Counted from the first letter of the stretch, positions 35,612 to 45,925 are shown. The stretch: DNA of 64,000 nt from Bacteroidaceae bacterium (GCA_045616065.1 JAZLFZ010000076.1:20216-84215), one strand, 5' to 3'. The notes: generated by a model not told the origin, from the sequence alone. Numbers and translations: made by a program.

Positions 35612-36643
35612 ATGGCAACAAAAGTAGCAATTAACGGTTTCGGCCGTATCGGTCGCCTCGCTTTCCGTCAGATGTTCGAGGCTGAGGGTTATGAGGTAGT
35701 AGCTATCAACGACCTGACCAGCCCCAAGATGCTGGCTCACCTGCTGAAGTATGATACCGCTCAGGGTGGTTTCGCTGGCAAGTTCGGTGAGGGCAAGCAC
35801 ACTGTAGAGGCAGGTGAGGACTACATCGTCGTTGACGGCAAGAAGATCACCATCTATGCAAAGCCCAACGCAGCTGAACTGCCCTGGGGTGAGCTGGGTG
35901 TTGACGTAGTTCTGGAGTGCACCGGTTTCTATACCTCAAAGGAGAAGGCTTCTGCACACATCCAGGCTGGTGCTCGCAAGTGCGTTATCTCAGCTCCCGC
36001 TGGTAACGACCTGCCCACTATCGTTTACAACGTTAACCACACCACTCTGACTAAGGAGGACAACGTAATCTCTGCAGCTTCTTGCACCACCAACTGTCTG
36101 GCTCCCATGGCAGCTGCTCTGAACAACTACGCTCCCATCGCCAGCGGTATCATGTCTACCATCCACGCTTACACTGGCGACCAGATGATTCTCGACGGTC
36201 CTCAGCGTAAGGGCGACCTCCGTCGTTCACGTGCTGGTGCTCAGAACATCGTTCCCAACTCAACGGGTGCTGCTAAGGCTATCGGCCTCGTTATCCCCGA
36301 GCTGAACGGTAAGCTGATCGGTTCTGCACAGCGTATCCCCACCCCCACCGGTTCTACCACTATCCTGGTAGCTGTTGTTAAGGGTAAGGACATCACCAAG
36401 GAGGGTATCAACGCTGCCATGAAGGCTGCTCAGACCGAGAGCTTCGGTTACACCGAGGATGAGATCGTATCAAGCGATATCATCGGTATGAAGTACGGTT
36501 CACTCTTCGACGCTACCCAGACCATGGTAAGCAAGATCGACGAGGATACCTATCAGGTACAGGTTGTTTCTTGGTATGACAACGAGAACAGCTACACCTC
36601 TCAGATGGTTCGTACTATCAAGTACTTCTCAGAGAACTGCTAA
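35612..36643 (+). CDS. gap: Glyceraldehyde-3-phosphate dehydrogenase, type I
   Basis: 343 aa with INGFGRIGR at the N-terminus and the catalytic motif [10 protein letters not shown]. Confidence 0.97.
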   Translation: MATKVAINGFGRIGRLAFRQMFEAEGYEVVAINDLTSPKMLAHLLKYDTAQGGFAGKFGEGKHTVEAGEDYIVVDGKKITIYAKPNAAELPWGELGVDVVLECTGFYTSKEKASAHIQAGARKCVISAPAGNDLPTIVYNVNHTTLTKEDNVISAASCTTNCLAPMAAALNNYAPIASGIMSTIHAYTGDQMILDGPQRKGDLRRSRAGAQNIVPNSTGAAKAIGLVIPELNGKLIGSAQRIPTPTGSTTILVAVVKGKDITKEGINAAMKAAQTESFGYTEDEIVSSDIIGMKYGSLFDATQTMVSKIDEDTYQVQVVSWYDNENSYTSQMVRTIKYFSENC

Positions 36644-36669
36644 TCTCTCGTCCTAACAAGACAAAGCAT

Positions 36670-36706
36670 AGCCGCCCTTGGCCTACGCCTTGGGCGGCTT
36701 TTTTTA
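36670..36706 (+). terminator. Rho-independent terminator of gap
   Basis: Stem agccgccc / gggcggct followed by ttttttt. Confidence 0.8.
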
Positions 36707-36712
36707 TTTACT

Positions 36713-37624
36713 ATGAGTTACGATTTGATTACAATCCTTGGCCCTACGGCCAGTGGCAAGACGGACCTCGCTGCTCATCTTGCGGCATGTTTGGGCGACG
36801 CTGAGATTATCAGTGCCGACAGTCGTCAGGTGTATTGCGGCATGGACATCGGCACGGGAAAGGACCTTGCCGACTATACCGTGGATGGCGTGCAGATTCC
36901 CTATCACCTTATTGATATATTAGAGGCGGGTGAAAAGTACAATCTGTTCCAGTATCAGCAGGACTTCTGGTCGGCTTACAACGACATTGTGGCACGTGGC
37001 AAGACGCCAATCCTCTGTGGCGGCACGGGGTTGTACATCGAATCGATACTGAAGAGTTACAAGATGGTTCCCGTACCCGAGAATACATCTTTGCGTCAGC
37101 AACTTGAAGGCAAGTCGCTGCCGGAACTGACATCCATTCTGCAGACCTACAAGTCGCTCCACAACACCACTGATGTGGATACGGCCAAGCGCGCCATCCG
37201 TGCCATCGAGATTCAGGAGTACTACCGCGAGCATCATATAGAAGAGCAGGACTTTCCCCAGCTCCGCAGTCTGACTGTGGGTGTGAGTATTGACCGTGAG
37301 CAGCGGCGCAACAAGATCAGCCTTCGGTTGCGCAAGCGTTTGGAGGAGGGGATGGTCGAGGAGATTCGAGGTTTGCTCGAGCGTGTTCCGGCCGAGGATC
37401 TGCTGTATTACGGTCTTGAGTATAAGTTTGTTACAATGTATTGCCTTGGTCAACTGAGCTATGATGAGATGTTTCGCCAGTTGGAGATTGCCATCCATCA
37501 GTTTGCCAAGCGACAGATGACCTGGTTCCGTGGTATGGAAGAGCGTCGTGGCATACCTATACACTGGATAGATGCCACCATGCCAATGGAGGAGAAAGTG
37601 GGTAAGGTGTTGAGCCTGTTGTAG
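36713..37624 (+). CDS. miaA: tRNA dimethylallyltransferase
   Basis: 303 aa with P-loop GPTASGKT, SADSRQVYCGMDIGTGK and conserved GGTGLYI. Confidence 0.93.
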   Translation: MSYDLITILGPTASGKTDLAAHLAACLGDAEIISADSRQVYCGMDIGTGKDLADYTVDGVQIPYHLIDILEAGEKYNLFQYQQDFWSAYNDIVARGKTPILCGGTGLYIESILKSYKMVPVPENTSLRQQLEGKSLPELTSILQTYKSLHNTTDVDTAKRAIRAIEIQEYYREHHIEEQDFPQLRSLTVGVSIDREQRRNKISLRLRKRLEEGMVEEIRGLLERVPAEDLLYYGLEYKFVTMYCLGQLSYDEMFRQLEIAIHQFAKRQMTWFRGMEERRGIPIHWIDATMPMEEKVGKVLSLL

Positions 37625-37686
37625 AAAAGAGCAGAAAGGGGAGGGTAGGGAGTAACGATGACATGCCTGGGGGGAGTGGCATGGTG

Positions 37687-38388
37687 TCATCCGAATCGAC
37701 TGATGCGTTCGAGCTCTTCCGTATTGATGAGCTTTATCTTTCGCCCGTCGATGGCAATAATCTTTTCCTGTGCAAAGGTGCTCAGCGTGCGTATGGCGTT
37801 GCTTGTGGTCATATTCGACATGTTAGCCATGTCTTCGCGCGAGAGATAGATGCTCAGCGTGCATCCATCCTCTTCCAGTCCGTAGGCGTCGCGCAGGAAG
37901 AGCAATGCCTCTGCCAGTCTGCCTCTCACGTGTTTCTGAGTCAGATTGACGGTGCGCTCGTTGGCAGATCCCAGTCTTACGGACAGTTCCTTGATGAAGA
38001 ACCACCCGAGTGCAGCGTTCTTTTGAATAATAGCTGACAGCAAGGTCAGCGGAATTCGCGCCAGGACGGTGGGTTCCAGTGCGGCAGCACACGTATGGTA
38101 CACCTCGCCCGCAAAGAAAGCTCGGTGTCCGGTGAAGGTGACGGGCTTCAGCACGCGTATCAGTTGGCTTCTGCCGCTTACTCCCTCCTTGAAAATCTTT
38201 AACTTACCGGATATGACGCAGAGCATGTCTCTTGGCATGTCTCCGTCCTTATAGACTATTTCGTTCTTGCGCAGCTGCTGGACCTTGATGTTGTCCATAA
38301 GTTGCTGTCGTTGCTCTTCCGTCAGCAGTTCGACAATCATCGAAAGTTTGTCTTTTACCATGTGCAGCGTTGTCTCTTCTCTCGTCAT
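37687..38388 (-). CDS. Crp/Fnr family transcriptional regulator
   Basis: 233 aa. The cNMP-binding-like beta-roll (ISGKLKIFKEGVSGRSQLIRV) is followed by a C-terminal HTH (LSREDMANMSNMTTSNAIRTLSTF). Confidence 0.85.
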   Translation of the reverse strand: MTREETTLHMVKDKLSMIVELLTEEQRQQLMDNIKVQQLRKNEIVYKDGDMPRDMLCVISGKLKIFKEGVSGRSQLIRVLKPVTFTGHRAFFAGEVYHTCAAALEPTVLARIPLTLLSAIIQKNAALGWFFIKELSVRLGSANERTVNLTQKHVRGRLAEALLFLRDAYGLEEDGCTLSIYLSREDMANMSNMTTSNAIRTLSTFAQEKIIAIDGRKIKLINTEELERISRFG

Positions 38389-38418
38389 TTTACGGCTTAA
38401 TTTTTATGCTTTTCGGCA

Positions 38419-38426
38419 CAAAATTA
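38419..38426 (-). promoter_or_regulatory. -7 box TAATTTTG for the Crp/Fnr gene
   Basis: Reverse complement of caaaatta, 31 nt upstream of the ATG at 38388. Confidence 0.45.
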
Positions 38427-38521
38427 GTATATTTCTTTCTTTTGTACAAGAAAAAATAAAAAAAATAAGGTTATTGTAGCAAAATGTTATCAAATAATTT
38501 TTCCAATTCGCGAAAAGTTTG

Positions 38522-38529
38522 TAATTTTG
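38522..38529 (+). promoter_or_regulatory. -7 box TAATTTTG for the glycogen cluster
   Basis: It lies inside the ORF-track N-terminal extension, which supports the downstream start at 38601. Confidence 0.45.
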
Positions 38530-38600
38530 AGGTGCATTTTTGTATGCTAACCTTTTTATTGTACCCAATTAGAAAACCATTTAAAACATATTTTTCGACT

Positions 38601-40547
38601 ATGAGTTATTTACGTTTCGACAAGGCGCAGATGACGAATCTCGAGACTTCCCTGAAGAAGGAAATTCTGCGAAGCAATCGTTCTGGTGCCTATTCGTGCA
38701 CAACACTCGTGGATTGCAACACGAGAAAATACCATGGTCTCTTGGTTGTACCCGTACCCGAGCTCGACGATGAGAATCACGTCCTGCTCAGTTCGTTGGA
38801 CGCTACCGTGATTCAGCACGGTGCAGAGTTCAATCTGGGTCTGCACAAGTACCAGGGTAATAATTTTGCACCTCGTGGCCACAAGTACATCCGTGAGTTT
38901 GACAGTCAGAAGGTTCCCACCACTATCTACCGTGTGGGTGGCGTGCTGCTCAAGCGTGAGGAGGTGTTCCAGCATTTCGAGAACCGCCTCATTATCCGTT
39001 ATACGCTGCTCGAGGCGCACAGCGAGACCACGCTTCGCCTCACTCCCTTCCTGGCCTTCCGCAGTGTTCGCGAGTTCACTCACGAGAATGGTGTTGCCAG
39101 CCGTGAGTACCATAATGTGAAGAACGGCATCAAGACTTGTATGTACAAGGGTTATCCCGACCTGTACATGCAGATTAGCAAGGCCAACGAGTTCGTCTTC
39201 CAGCCCGACTGGTGGCGTGGCATCGAGTATCCCAAGGAGCAGGAGCGCGGTTATGGCGGTACCGAGGATCTCTACGTGCCCGGCTACTTTGAGTTTACCA
39301 TCAAGAAGGGCGAGAGCGTCATCTTTGCGGCAGGCCTTGAGGAAGCAGACGTGAAGAAGCTGCCTGAATTGGCCGAGTTCGAGGTGAACGTTCGTACGCC
39401 TCGCGACAATTTCTACCACAATCTTGTCAACAGCGCTCATCAGTTCATTGTGCATCAGGACGATAACGACTACGTTCTGGCCGGTTATCCCTGGTTCAAG
39501 TGCCGTGCGCGCGACATGTTCATCTCGCTGCCGGGTCTTACCATCACCAATGGCGAGTTCGACAAGTTCGAAGCTGTCATGGCTACGGCAGAGAAGGGCA
39601 TCCGTGAATTCATGGAGGGCGAACCCCTATCTGTCAAGATCTACGAGATCAATCAGCCTGACGTCCTGCTCTGGGCCGTATGGTGCATCCAGCAGTATGG
39701 CAAGCTCACCGACATGACGACGGCTTATAAGAAATATGGTAAGCTCGTGCGCGACATCATGAAGTACATCCATCTGGGCAACCATCCCGGCCTTGAGATG
39801 CATGAGAACGGACTTCTCTATGCTGCAGGCGGACAGGATCGTGCTATCACCTGGATGAACAGCCAGGCCAATGGCCGCCCCATCGTTCCCCGTTCGGGTT
39901 ATATCGTAGAGATCAATGCCTTGTGGTATAACTGTCTGAAGTTCAGTGAGGAGCTTTCGCGTTTTGTCAACGACGATGTTAATGCCGAGATGATTTGCAA
40001 GCTGGCTGAAAAGTGCAAGCAGGGATTCCTCGATACGTTCCTCAATCAGCATGGTTATCTGCTTGACTACGTCGATGGCCAGATGATGGACTGGAGCGTA
40101 CGTCCCAATATGATCTTCCCCGTGGCCTTCGACTTCAGTCCCCTCGACCAGAAGCAGAAGAAGACCATCCTCGACCTCTGCACCAAGGAGCTGCTCACTC
40201 CCAAGGGCTTGCGCTCCCTCTCTCCCAAGAGCGGTGGCTACAACCCCATGTATGTCGGTCCCCAGGCACAGCGCGACTATGCCTACCATCAGGGTACGGC
40301 ATGGCCCTGGCTCGGTGGTTTCTACATGGAAGCATGTTTGCGTGTTTATGGTCGCAGCAAGGTGGGCTTCATTGAGCGTCAGCTTGTGGGCTATGAGGAG
40401 GAACTCTTCTACCACTGCATCGGCACCATTCCCGAGCTCTTCGATGGCAATCCCCCCTTCCATGGCCGCGGTGCCGTCAGCTTTGCTATGAACGTTGCCG
40501 AGCTGATGCGTGTGTTGAAACTGTTGGATAAATATAATGAATATTAA
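38601..40547 (+). CDS. Glycogen debranching enzyme (GDE N-domain plus amylo-alpha-1,6-glucosidase six-hairpin domain)
   Basis: Start moved to MSYLRFDKAQ. The N-terminal region is CNTRKYHGLLV and the C-terminal signature is YHQGTAWPWLGGFY. Confidence 0.88.
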   Translation: MSYLRFDKAQMTNLETSLKKEILRSNRSGAYSCTTLVDCNTRKYHGLLVVPVPELDDENHVLLSSLDATVIQHGAEFNLGLHKYQGNNFAPRGHKYIREFDSQKVPTTIYRVGGVLLKREEVFQHFENRLIIRYTLLEAHSETTLRLTPFLAFRSVREFTHENGVASREYHNVKNGIKTCMYKGYPDLYMQISKANEFVFQPDWWRGIEYPKEQERGYGGTEDLYVPGYFEFTIKKGESVIFAAGLEEADVKKLPELAEFEVNVRTPRDNFYHNLVNSAHQFIVHQDDNDYVLAGYPWFKCRARDMFISLPGLTITNGEFDKFEAVMATAEKGIREFMEGEPLSVKIYEINQPDVLLWAVWCIQQYGKLTDMTTAYKKYGKLVRDIMKYIHLGNHPGLEMHENGLLYAAGGQDRAITWMNSQANGRPIVPRSGYIVEINALWYNCLKFSEELSRFVNDDVNAEMICKLAEKCKQGFLDTFLNQHGYLLDYVDGQMMDWSVRPNMIFPVAFDFSPLDQKQKKTILDLCTKELLTPKGLRSLSPKSGGYNPMYVGPQAQRDYAYHQGTAWPWLGGFYMEACLRVYGRSKVGFIERQLVGYEEELFYHCIGTIPELFDGNPPFHGRGAVSFAMNVAELMRVLKLLDKYNEY

Positions 40548-40564
40548 ATAAGGAGGAACGAAAG

Positions 40565-41872
40565 ATGAAAGTATTAATGTTCGGATGGGAATTTCCTCCC
40601 AAGATTTATGGTGGTCTTGCAGTAGCCTCTTACGGTATCACTAAGGGATTGAGTCTGCAGGGCGACATCGAGACAACCTTCTGTATGCCCAAGCCCACTG
40701 GCGAGGAGGAAGGTTTCCTTAAGATTGTTAACATGAGTCAGGTGCCCGTGGCATGGCGCGATGTGCAGTACGACCAGATCAAGGACCGCATGGTGGGTCA
40801 TTCGGCCGAGGACTACTACCGTTTCCGCGACCATATCTATGCCGACTTCAACTACATGCAGGGTCTTGACGACATGGGTTGCATTGGTTTTGCCGGTGGC
40901 TATCCTGGCAATCTTCACGACGAGATCAACAACTTCTCTATCATTGCCGGCGTGCTGGCCCGCAGCGAGGAGTTCGACCTCATCCATGCCCACGACTGGC
41001 TGACCTATCCTGCCGGTGTGCATGCCAAGATGGTCAGCGGCAAGCCCCTCTGTATCCACGTGCACGCTACCGACTTCGACCGTTCTCGCGGTAAGGTGAA
41101 CCCCACCGTCTACAGCATCGAGAAGAACGGTATGGACCATGCCGACTGCATCATGTGTGTGAGCGAGCTGACCCGTCAGACCGTCATCAACCAGTATCAT
41201 CAGGATCCCGCCAAGTGCGTAGCCATGCACAATGCGGTATATCCTCTCAGCGAGGAGTACACCAACATCCCCTCAACCCGCAATCCCAAGGAGAAGGTCG
41301 TTACCTACCTGGGTCGTATCACCATGCAGAAGGGTCCCGAGTACTTCATCGAGGCTGCCAAGCGTGTGCTCGACCGTACGCACAACATCCGTTTCTGCTT
41401 TGCCGGTTCGGGCGATATGATGAACGCCATGATCAATCTTGCTGCAAGCTATGGTATCGCCGACCGCTGCCACTTCCCCGGTTTCCAGCGCGGTAAGCAG
41501 GTCTACGAGTGCTACAAGCGCAGCGACGTCTTCGTCATGCCGTCCGTCAGCGAGCCCTTCGGTATTGCTCCCTTGGAGGCCATGCAGTGCGGCTGCCCCA
41601 GCATCATCTCCAAGCAGTCCGGTTGCGGTGAGATTCTCGACAACGTTATCAAGGTGGACTACTGGGACATCGATGCGATGGCTGATGCCATGTACTCACT
41701 CTGCACCAACGAGGAGCTCTGGAAGCAACTCAGCGAGGAGGGCATCAAGGAGGTGGACCGCATAACGTGGGAGAAGGTTGGCCTTCGCATCCGCGAGTGC
41801 TACAATCAGCTTATCAACCGTGGGTGGTTCAACAACGACGAGTACCTCAATGCCGTGAAGGACATCAAATAA
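40565..41872 (+). CDS. GT4-type glycosyltransferase (glycogen-synthase-like)
   Basis: 435 aa. The N-terminus is MKVLMFGWEFPPKIYGGLAV and the C-terminal GT-B motif is PSVSEPFGIAPLEAMQCGCP. It sits between the GDE and GH57 genes. Confidence 0.85.
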   Translation: MKVLMFGWEFPPKIYGGLAVASYGITKGLSLQGDIETTFCMPKPTGEEEGFLKIVNMSQVPVAWRDVQYDQIKDRMVGHSAEDYYRFRDHIYADFNYMQGLDDMGCIGFAGGYPGNLHDEINNFSIIAGVLARSEEFDLIHAHDWLTYPAGVHAKMVSGKPLCIHVHATDFDRSRGKVNPTVYSIEKNGMDHADCIMCVSELTRQTVINQYHQDPAKCVAMHNAVYPLSEEYTNIPSTRNPKEKVVTYLGRITMQKGPEYFIEAAKRVLDRTHNIRFCFAGSGDMMNAMINLAASYGIADRCHFPGFQRGKQVYECYKRSDVFVMPSVSEPFGIAPLEAMQCGCPSIISKQSGCGEILDNVIKVDYWDIDAMADAMYSLCTNEELWKQLSEEGIKEVDRITWEKVGLRIRECYNQLINRGWFNNDEYLNAVKDIK

Positions 41873-41955
41873 TCAATAATTCATAATCCACAATTCATAA
41901 TTTCGTTGGAGTCAGCTTCTCATACGGAATAGGAATTTATTAAATAAGTATAGCA

Positions 41956-43488
41956 ATGAAAACCATTTGTTTATATTTCGAGATACATCAGCCCGTTCAT
42001 CTCAAGAGATACCGCTTCTTTGACATCGGTACCGACCATTATTACTATGATGACTATGAGAATGAGCGTGCCATCACTGAGACCGCTGAGCGCAGCTACA
42101 TCCCTTCGCTGAAGGCCATGTTGGAGATGACGCAGACCTATGGCAAGTACTTCAAGGTTGCCTTCTCGCTTTCGGGCGTTGCCATCGAGTTGCTCGAGGA
42201 CTATGCCCCCGAGGTCATCGAACTCCTGCAGGAGCTCGCAAAGACCGGCTGTGTGGAGTTCCTCGCTGAACCCTACAGCCACGGCCTTTCTTCCCTGGCC
42301 AACGAGGAAGTGTTCCGTGAGGAGGTGCTGCGTCAGAGCAAGAAGATCAAGGAGCTCTTCGGCCAGACTCCCAAGGTGCTGCGCAACAGCTCACTGATCT
42401 ATAGCGACGAAATTGGTGCCATGGCAGGCGACATGGGCTTCAAGGGCATGATTGCCGAGGGTGCCAAGCACGTGCTCGGCTGGAAGAGCCCCCACTTCGT
42501 CTACAGTTGTGCCCACAATCCCAAGGTGAGCCTCTTGCTGCGCGACTACAAGCTTTCCGACGACATCTCGCTGCGCTTCAACGATGCCAGCTGGAGCGAG
42601 TACCCCCTCATGAGTGACCGCTATGCCGACTGGATTGCTCAGTTGCCTCAGGAGGAGCAGGTTGTCAACATCTTCATGGAACTCTGTGCGCTGGGTATCT
42701 TCCAGCCCCTCAGCAGCAACATCCTCGAGTTCTTCAAGGCTCTCCCCGCTGCCTGCAAGGAACGTGGCATCGAGTTTGCCACGCCCAGCGAGATCATCGG
42801 CAAGACCAAGGCTGTGGCTCCCATGGACATGCCCGAACCCGTGAGCTGGAACGACGAGGAGCGCGATACCTCTTGCTGGCTCGGCAACGGCATGCAGCGC
42901 GAGGCCTTCAACAAGCTCTATCAGGAGGCCGGTCGCATCATGGCTTGTCAGGACCGTCGTATCAAGCAGGACTGGGATCGCATCCAGGCCAGCAACAACT
43001 TCCGCTACATGACCACCAAGCCTATGAGCGTCAACATGATACGTGGCTTCTATGACAGTCCCTACGATGCCTTCACCAACTACATGAACGTGCTGGGTGA
43101 CTTCATCAAGCGCGTGCAGGATCTCTTCCCCATCGAGGTGGAGAACGATGAGCTCAATGCACTCTATACTACTATCCACAACCAGGGCAAGGAGATCGAG
43201 ACGCGTGAGCACGAGATTGCTCAGCTGCGTGCTCGTCTGGCCAAGCTGGAGAAGAGTGTTGAACCTGTCAAGGAGAAGGCACCCGCCAAGAAGGCAGCTC
43301 CCGCCAAGGCTGCTGCGCCTAAGGTAGAGCCAAAGCCCGCTCCCAAGAAAGCTGCCGCTCCCAAGGCAGAGGTGAAGGCCGAACCTGCCAAGGAAGCCCC
43401 CAAGACAGAGGCTCCCGCTAAGAAGGCTCCTGCCAAGAAGGCCACTACGGCCAAGGCTCCCGCCAAGAAAGCTCCTGCCAAGAAGTAA
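41956..43488 (+). CDS. Glycoside hydrolase family 57 alpha-glucan enzyme with Ala/Lys/Pro-rich C-terminal tail
   Basis: 510 aa. The N-terminus ICLYFEIHQPVHLKRY is typical of GH57. The last ~76 aa are (A/P)AKK-type low complexity. Confidence 0.88.
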   Translation: MKTICLYFEIHQPVHLKRYRFFDIGTDHYYYDDYENERAITETAERSYIPSLKAMLEMTQTYGKYFKVAFSLSGVAIELLEDYAPEVIELLQELAKTGCVEFLAEPYSHGLSSLANEEVFREEVLRQSKKIKELFGQTPKVLRNSSLIYSDEIGAMAGDMGFKGMIAEGAKHVLGWKSPHFVYSCAHNPKVSLLLRDYKLSDDISLRFNDASWSEYPLMSDRYADWIAQLPQEEQVVNIFMELCALGIFQPLSSNILEFFKALPAACKERGIEFATPSEIIGKTKAVAPMDMPEPVSWNDEERDTSCWLGNGMQREAFNKLYQEAGRIMACQDRRIKQDWDRIQASNNFRYMTTKPMSVNMIRGFYDSPYDAFTNYMNVLGDFIKRVQDLFPIEVENDELNALYTTIHNQGKEIETREHEIAQLRARLAKLEKSVEPVKEKAPAKKAAPAKAAAPKVEPKPAPKKAAAPKAEVKAEPAKEAPKTEAPAKKAPAKKATTAKAPAKKAPAKK

Positions 43489-43520
43489 GCCCATACGCGT
43501 ATTTCATACTAATACAAACA

Positions 43521-43555
43521 AGCCCCTTCGTTGATTGACGAAGGGGCTTTTTTTT
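43521..43555 (+). terminator. Rho-independent terminator of the glycogen cluster
   Basis: 10-bp stem agccccttcg / cgaaggggct followed by ttttttt. Confidence 0.85.
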
Positions 43556-43853
43556 GGCCATGATATACTTGTTGGCACACGGTTGCCATTATAGTTTATC
43601 ACGCGACAAAGATTGTGCTGTTTTACCTGCCAGGATACCTCTTTTTTGCAATTCGTCTGTCCCCCCTTATAACCGAACTACCGCTTCTCTGCAAGCCAGG
43701 CCGAGACTGACAAGACACAATGATTAGCAGCCTTGAAAATTCCATACAAATTCTTGTGCGGAATTTCTTTCAACTAGAAATACAGAAAGGCCGGGATGAT
43801 TTTTTTTGAGCATAAATTGGCTTCTTTTGGGGTGATGCAGCATGTTCTGAGCT

Positions 43854-43956
43854 GTAACGCAGCGTTACTTTTTTGTTAACGCTACGTCACTTTTTTGTTA
43901 ACGCAGCGTCACACTCCCGAACATGCAGCGTCATTTCTGGCTTTTTGCAGCGTTTT
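43854..43956. repeat. Array B: five palindromic cores at an exact 22-bp phase
   Basis: Cores start at 43854, 43876, 43898, 43920 and 43942. The first, gtaacgcagcgttac, is a perfect 15-bp palindrome. The rest are ttaacgctacgtcac, ttaacgcagcgtcac, aacatgcagcgtcat and tttttgcagcgtttt. Spacers are T-rich. Confidence 0.85.
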
Positions 43957-44127
43957 ATTGCGTCTTTCAAATAGATGTTTTTTGTATGTGTCAGATAGTT
44001 AATGTGTTAGTCATTGGCGTATACGCCTACCCTGATTGTCGAGGATGAAAATATCGCAAGGAAAAGTGATTAAAATTCAGAACTTTCTTTACAGGCGTCC
44101 CTCCGGGTAGTGTGAAGGTTGGGCGTG

Positions 44128-44169
44128 GGAAAAAAGAAAACGTGCCCCGTTGTTGAGACGAGGCACGTT
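44128..44169 (-). terminator. Rho-independent terminator of the FGGY kinase gene
   Basis: Stem aacgtgcc / ggcacgtt. On the minus strand it is followed by ttttcttttttcc. Confidence 0.7.
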
Positions 44170-44314
44170 CTTCATATATCCGGACCTAGGCCGGTGATGT
44201 GTTTTGTGCTTAAGAGGTTCTACTTACTATTCAGATACACTTTTCTTTCTTACGTTGTTATTACTTATATATAGTTTATTCGGTCAGTTGGTATCTGCTT
44301 CTTATTGCATGTTT

Positions 44315-45718
44315 TTACAGGCAAGCCTTCCAGCGTTCGTAGGCCTCCTTGAGTGCATCGGAAGCGGCCTCGGGCTCGATGACGGCAATCTTCTGCAACG
44401 TGGCAAAAGCCTCGTCGTAATCCTTGTAGATGCCCGCTCCGATACCAGCACCACGAGCGGCGCCCGCAGCTCCATCGGTGTCGTAGAGGTGGATGGTGGC
44501 ACCCGATATGTTGGCCAGTGTCTGACGGAAGAGGGGAGAGAGGAAGAGGTTGGCATTACCAGCCTTGATGGTCTTGATCTCTACACCCATCTTGGCCATG
44601 ATCTCCATGCCGTACATGAAGGAGAAGGCGATGCCCTCCTGTGCTGCACGCAGCATGTGGGCCTTGGTATGGATGTTGAAGTTTATGCCGTGAACACTGG
44701 CTCCGGGGTTCTCGTTGCAAAGCACGCGCTCGGCACCGTTGCCGAAGGGAATGATGCTCAGGCCTTCGCAACCGACGGGTACGCTGGCTGCCAGGTCGTT
44801 CATCTCGGGGTAGGAGATGTTCTCGGGAGCTACGGTCCGCTTCATCCAGGCGTTCAGGATGCCTGTGCCGTTGATGCAGAGCAGAATGCCGTTGTGCTCC
44901 ACGTGCTTGAAGATGTTGACGCGGTTCTGCTCGTCGGGAGTAACCTTGGCCGCCACACCGTAGACCACTCCGCTCGTACCACCCGTGGCTGCAATCTCAC
45001 CATCGCGCACGACGTTGAGCGAAAGAGCGTTGTTAGGCTGGTCGCCGGCACGGTAACTGATGGGTGTGCCTTCGGGCATGCCGAGCAGGTCGGCTATCTC
45101 CTTGCAGACACGTGATTGTACGGAGAAGGTAGGCTTCACCTCGGGAATGAGGCTTTCGGAGAATCCGAAGTGCTCCAGGGTAGGCATGTCGAGACAGTCG
45201 TTCTGCAAGTCCCAGAACATTCCTTCGCTCAGGCCGCTGGCCGTGGTGTTGATGTCGCCACCACTGAGACGCATGGCAATGTAGTCGCCGGGCAGCATGA
45301 TCTTCTTCACCTTATTATATATATCGGGTTCTTCGTTCTTCACCCATGCCAGCTTGGCCGCAGTGAAGTTGCCGTACTTTGTGCCACCATACTTGGACGC
45401 ACGCGAGTCGCACCAGATGATGCTGGGACGCAGTACCTTGTTTTGCTCGTCCACGCATACGAGGCCGTGCATCTGATAGCTGATGCCGATGGCTGCCACG
45501 TCGGCCAGGTTGGCCTTGGCACCGACGCGCTTTGTGGCTTCGGTGAGTTCGTTCCACCACATTTCGGGATCCTGCTCTGCCCAGCCGGGCTTGGGAGCGC
45601 TGATGGGTGCCTCGCCGTCAGGATACTGTGCGGCTGCTACTATTGCGCCAGTTTCGGCATCTACCACGGATGCCTTTACGCTGCTGGTGCCAATGTCATA
45701 ACCAAGTAGGTATTTCAT
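44315..45718 (-). CDS. FGGY-family carbohydrate kinase (xylulokinase-like)
   Basis: Start moved to MKYLLGYDIGTSSVKASVVD (ATG at 45718), with a -7 box 42 nt upstream. The layout is a two-domain actin-fold kinase (GGTSGVVYGV, ...GAARGAGIGAG). Confidence 0.85.
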   Translation of the reverse strand: MKYLLGYDIGTSSVKASVVDAETGAIVAAAQYPDGEAPISAPKPGWAEQDPEMWWNELTEATKRVGAKANLADVAAIGISYQMHGLVCVDEQNKVLRPSIIWCDSRASKYGGTKYGNFTAAKLAWVKNEEPDIYNKVKKIMLPGDYIAMRLSGGDINTTASGLSEGMFWDLQNDCLDMPTLEHFGFSESLIPEVKPTFSVQSRVCKEIADLLGMPEGTPISYRAGDQPNNALSLNVVRDGEIAATGGTSGVVYGVAAKVTPDEQNRVNIFKHVEHNGILLCINGTGILNAWMKRTVAPENISYPEMNDLAASVPVGCEGLSIIPFGNGAERVLCNENPGASVHGINFNIHTKAHMLRAAQEGIAFSFMYGMEIMAKMGVEIKTIKAGNANLFLSPLFRQTLANISGATIHLYDTDGAAGAARGAGIGAGIYKDYDEAFATLQKIAVIEPEAASDALKEAYERWKACL

Positions 45719-45759
45719 GTCTTTGTTGTTAGTTTTGGTTGTTACGCTTATTTCGACTG

Positions 45760-45767
45760 CAAAATTA
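45760..45767 (-). promoter_or_regulatory. -7 box TAATTTTG for the FGGY kinase gene
   Basis: Reverse complement of caaaatta. Confidence 0.45.
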
Positions 45768-45925
45768 GCAAATCTTTTCCAACCGGCACGCGTCAATGTA
45801 ACCAAATTGTGTCAAAAATGTAACATTGTACTTCAAAATGCCCTGTAAATGGGCTCTTTTTGAGCACTTCATTCTTATTTATATAATAAGTTACTTCAAC
45901 GATAGTTGTTCTTGTATTTTTTTTG

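Noticed and set aside
41873-41955. attcataat repeats (41880-41910) and similar attgcataattgcat strings at 58990-59015 as a shared regulatory motif
   Set aside because: They are short AT-rich strings with different cores, so the similarity is not beyond chance.
45719-45805. N-terminal extensions offered by the ORF track for the FGGY kinase. Analogous extensions occur at 45826-45969, 38484-38600, 54347-54451, 17881-17994, 32573-32608 and 61953-61970.
   Set aside because: The extensions contain or precede TAnnTTTG promoter boxes, or are hydrophobic or low-complexity junk. Family-typical N-termini begin at the internal Met.
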